A stretch of 63,919 nt of DNA, the filler included, from Reticulomyxa filosa (lineage: Eukaryota; Protista; Foraminifera): assembly GCA_000512085.1 (NCBI GenBank). It is 25 parts of 25 records of this genome, joined end to end, with 100 filler letters (N's around TTAATTAATTAA, not from the genome) between each part and the next. Parts side by side here need not be neighbours in the genome. Positions count along the whole stretch, not along the records: positions 60,680 to 62,741 come from ASPP01020431.1; positions 62,842 to 63,919 come from ASPP01016232.1; 23 more parts are not named here. One strand, written 5' to 3'. The position numbers and the translations under genes are program-made. The notes under the pieces are model-generated. The model was not told where the DNA came from, ran no database searches, and was given only the letters and a program-made list of their open reading frames with translations. This document shows, in pieces, positions 61,362-63,919 of the stretch. Numbering within the stretch: position 1 is the first letter of the stretch; every line of letters starts with the position of its first letter.

Positions 61362-62848
61362 TATGCTCCTCCTCTTCCTCTTGTCATTTTTCACTTCTTC
61401 CAATAAATTATGCATATTTGTATTAACTTGTATATGTAAACATAACCTCCTCAGTTCTTCTTTTCTTCATTCCGTGTTCAATTTTTGAGGAACACTTTTG
61501 TCCGTTTGTTGTAATGTATGTTCTTGAAAACTCAAGGGAACAGAAATATACCGCACAAAAAAACATGTTTGGTTCTGTTATGTCTGTTTCTTTTATTATT
61601 ATTATTTTTTATCGTACTTGCTTTTCTCTCTTCTCTCTTCAGTGAAGTAACATATTTTTCACTTTCGTACCGTTCATTGATGGTAAGAGTATACTTGAAA
61701 AAAACAAATAAACAATCTCCATCAAATACTTCCGATTCAATAAAAAACTTTTTAGCTACGGCTGGTAGAAAAAAAAGTGTTGTCGTTGAACCCTACGAAA
61801 AGTAATCTTCCAATTCAATGCAAAAACCATTCTCGGTATTAATAATAAATAGTGCAACAAAAGATGATGTGACATATTACTTGCTACTTGTGCGGAGAGA
61901 GGATCCAACATCACGCAGCTTGCAGGCTGACGGTAGTGACAATGTCTATTCGGATGATAGCGAAGAAAGTGAAGATAACAGTCGTTCCTATTGTGTGGAC
62001 CGTCATTTCAATGACTTTGTAGGTTAAAAAAACAAAACTTGAAGCATAAAAAAAAAAAAAAATATATATCTATTGGAGTGCACTTTTGACATGAAAAAGT
62101 ACGTTATGCACAAGCAAACAAAACAAAAAAAAAAGAAATGGATCGTGCATTGCGGAAGTTTTATGGACCTTATCTGAATCTTCCAGAGTTGGCATTCAAA
62201 GCAATACAAAAAAAAATGGATGATACATTTGTGAAGACAAGACAGTCCGAGCTGCAAAAGTCGGAGGAATCTTTGTTTGTGTATTGTGAGTTGTTTTGAC
62301 TTCCAAACTTTGTTTTTTTTTTTGTAATATGGCATTGTGGACGAAACAGGTATTTGGATGCATTGCACCAAATCCCTTACTTGGTAAACTCAAAAATCTA
62401 TTATGATTTTTTATCCATGGAGCAATATTTTCCTGGGTCAAGGCCAGTCAAGCCTTTGATTCGTTTTGTTCAAAATGTTGAGTTTTTTATTTTTTATTTG
62501 TTCAATCCAAAAAGTTAAAAAAAAAAAAAAAATTAGCAAATATATATAAACATATATGTATGTAATATATTTGCATACAGAAATATCGTAATGGAATGCC
62601 ATTGGCAATTTTGGACGTCTTTATAATTAACAGTCAATCTCTTCTTACTGTCAGTAGCGAGCATCCATTGAGCGATCTCAACTCTTCTTTCATTCATGTA
62701 ACTATGCAAGCTTCAGACTTTTGATTTTTTTTTTTTTTTTTNNNNNNNNNNNNNNNNNNNNNNNNNNNNNNNNNNNNNNNNNNNNTTAATTAATTAANNN
62801 NNNNNNNNNNNNNNNNNNNNNNNNNNNNNNNNNNNNNNNNNAAGGTAT

Positions 62849-63860
62849 TTGGAGGATTCGAAAAAACGCGACATTGCGAAGTCGCAAAAAACACCACACT
62901 CGTTGAATTTGAATGAAATAACGCGGAAAACTCCGATGCAAGAGTACATTGAACAGATCCGCTGTATCTGCAACGTGGTACCCTACCTTTGGATGGCAGT
63001 CTCGTTTCTGTGCATTGTGTCCAACACGCGCTCGTACAACTACAACGTCCCTACGCTGGTCGAGGCCATAGTGTTTGTGAGCGCAAGCGCCTGCGTGGAC
63101 TTGTGGTTCGTGTTGGGGAATTTGTACTACGACGATCAACGATGCTTTGGGGTGTGGAATTATGATAGGATTGCCGCCGTCGCGGATCAAAACAAGCTCG
63201 CGAACATGAACACCAATACCATTACGAATACCGCCACAAATACGAATACAAATACGAATACAAATACGAATACGAATACAAATACAAATACAAATACAAA
63301 TACAAATACAAATGACAAGAAAAGAAATTACAATGAACAGGAAAGTATCAACGACAATCACAGCCAATTGCAGCAACACAAAGACAAAAACTGGCTTATT
63401 AGCATCGCGAGTACTTCCTCCAATTCGGGTTCTATGCCGGTACAAACTGATTGGTCACTGTTTTTCAGTTTGAATATCTATCGATTGGCTGAGGTTTGTT
63501 TAATATATACATATACATTCATTCATTTTTTTTTTTTTTTATTTATCAATTTATGTGTTATGCTTGTTGAATCCCAGGTAACGAGTGATATATGCGTATC
63601 GGCATTGCTGTTCACATACTTTGGGGTATTGTCATGTGTGGCTTGGGGGGTCGTTCAATTGATCTTTTGGTCCATTCACGCGATTTCCTATGAGCAAGTC
63701 GCGGTGTTGGGTGGGGGGTTTGGAATCGTATTCAGTACCGACGAACAGAAAAGCTGTTGCGGTGCCAAAGGCAAGCATGTTTGGACTCGCTTGCTGTATA
63801 TTAAAGCACTTATCTTGCTGCTCTTGTGTGTGGCATGCCTGCTTCGATTGATTCAAAGAG
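62849..63860 (+). CDS. Multi-pass membrane protein with an Asn-Thr repeat loop (partial)
   Basis: Several hydrophobic helices; (AC[A/G]AAT)n repeat at about 63235-63313; intron 63494-63577. Confidence 0.6.
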
Positions 63861-63919
63861 CTGTTTTGTTTTGTTTTGCTTTGCTTTGCTTTGCTTAGAT
63901 TAGATTTTTTTTTTTTTTT

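Noticed and set aside
7291-62841. Regularly recurring TTAATTAATTAA as a biological repeat or CRISPR-like array
   Set aside because: Always centred in exactly 88 Ns; it is an assembly linker.
62786-63445. Minus-strand ORF with ICICICIRIR repeats
   Set aside because: Antisense of the Asn-Thr repeat in the + strand membrane protein.

Overview
The window is not one locus. It is 25 short contigs joined by 24 identical artificial 100-nt linkers (N44-TTAATTAATTAA-N44), so no neighbourhood can be inferred across a linker. Twenty-four contigs look like a very AT-rich, intron-rich protist nuclear genome in the standard code, with many pseudogenes and apparent homopolymer errors. The gene families and style suggest the foraminiferan Reticulomyxa filosa; this is inference from recalled families, not a search result. 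Recognisable eukaryotic genes are RPB4, a Tra2-like SR/RRM splicing factor, WD40 proteins, a NACHT-type pseudogene, valyl-tRNA synthetase, RGS, ankyrin, EDR2-C, EI24, PPR, an RBR E3 ligase, an extended ATP synthase subunit g and a PDI C-terminus. LINE and Tc1 relics and a myosin pseudogene are also present. One contig (27199-29068) is bacterial and Rickettsiales-like. It carries a DMT/EamA transporter whose last codons overlap an antisense 4.5S SRP RNA gene with a sigma70 promoter, a truncated membrane protein, and probable IS/RPE-like ends on both sides. The best candidates for something undescribed are a portable phase-0 exon module found three times (twice in front of WD40 repeats), a small secreted Cys-rich tandem-repeat protein, the symbiont contig, and several unexplained hairpins.
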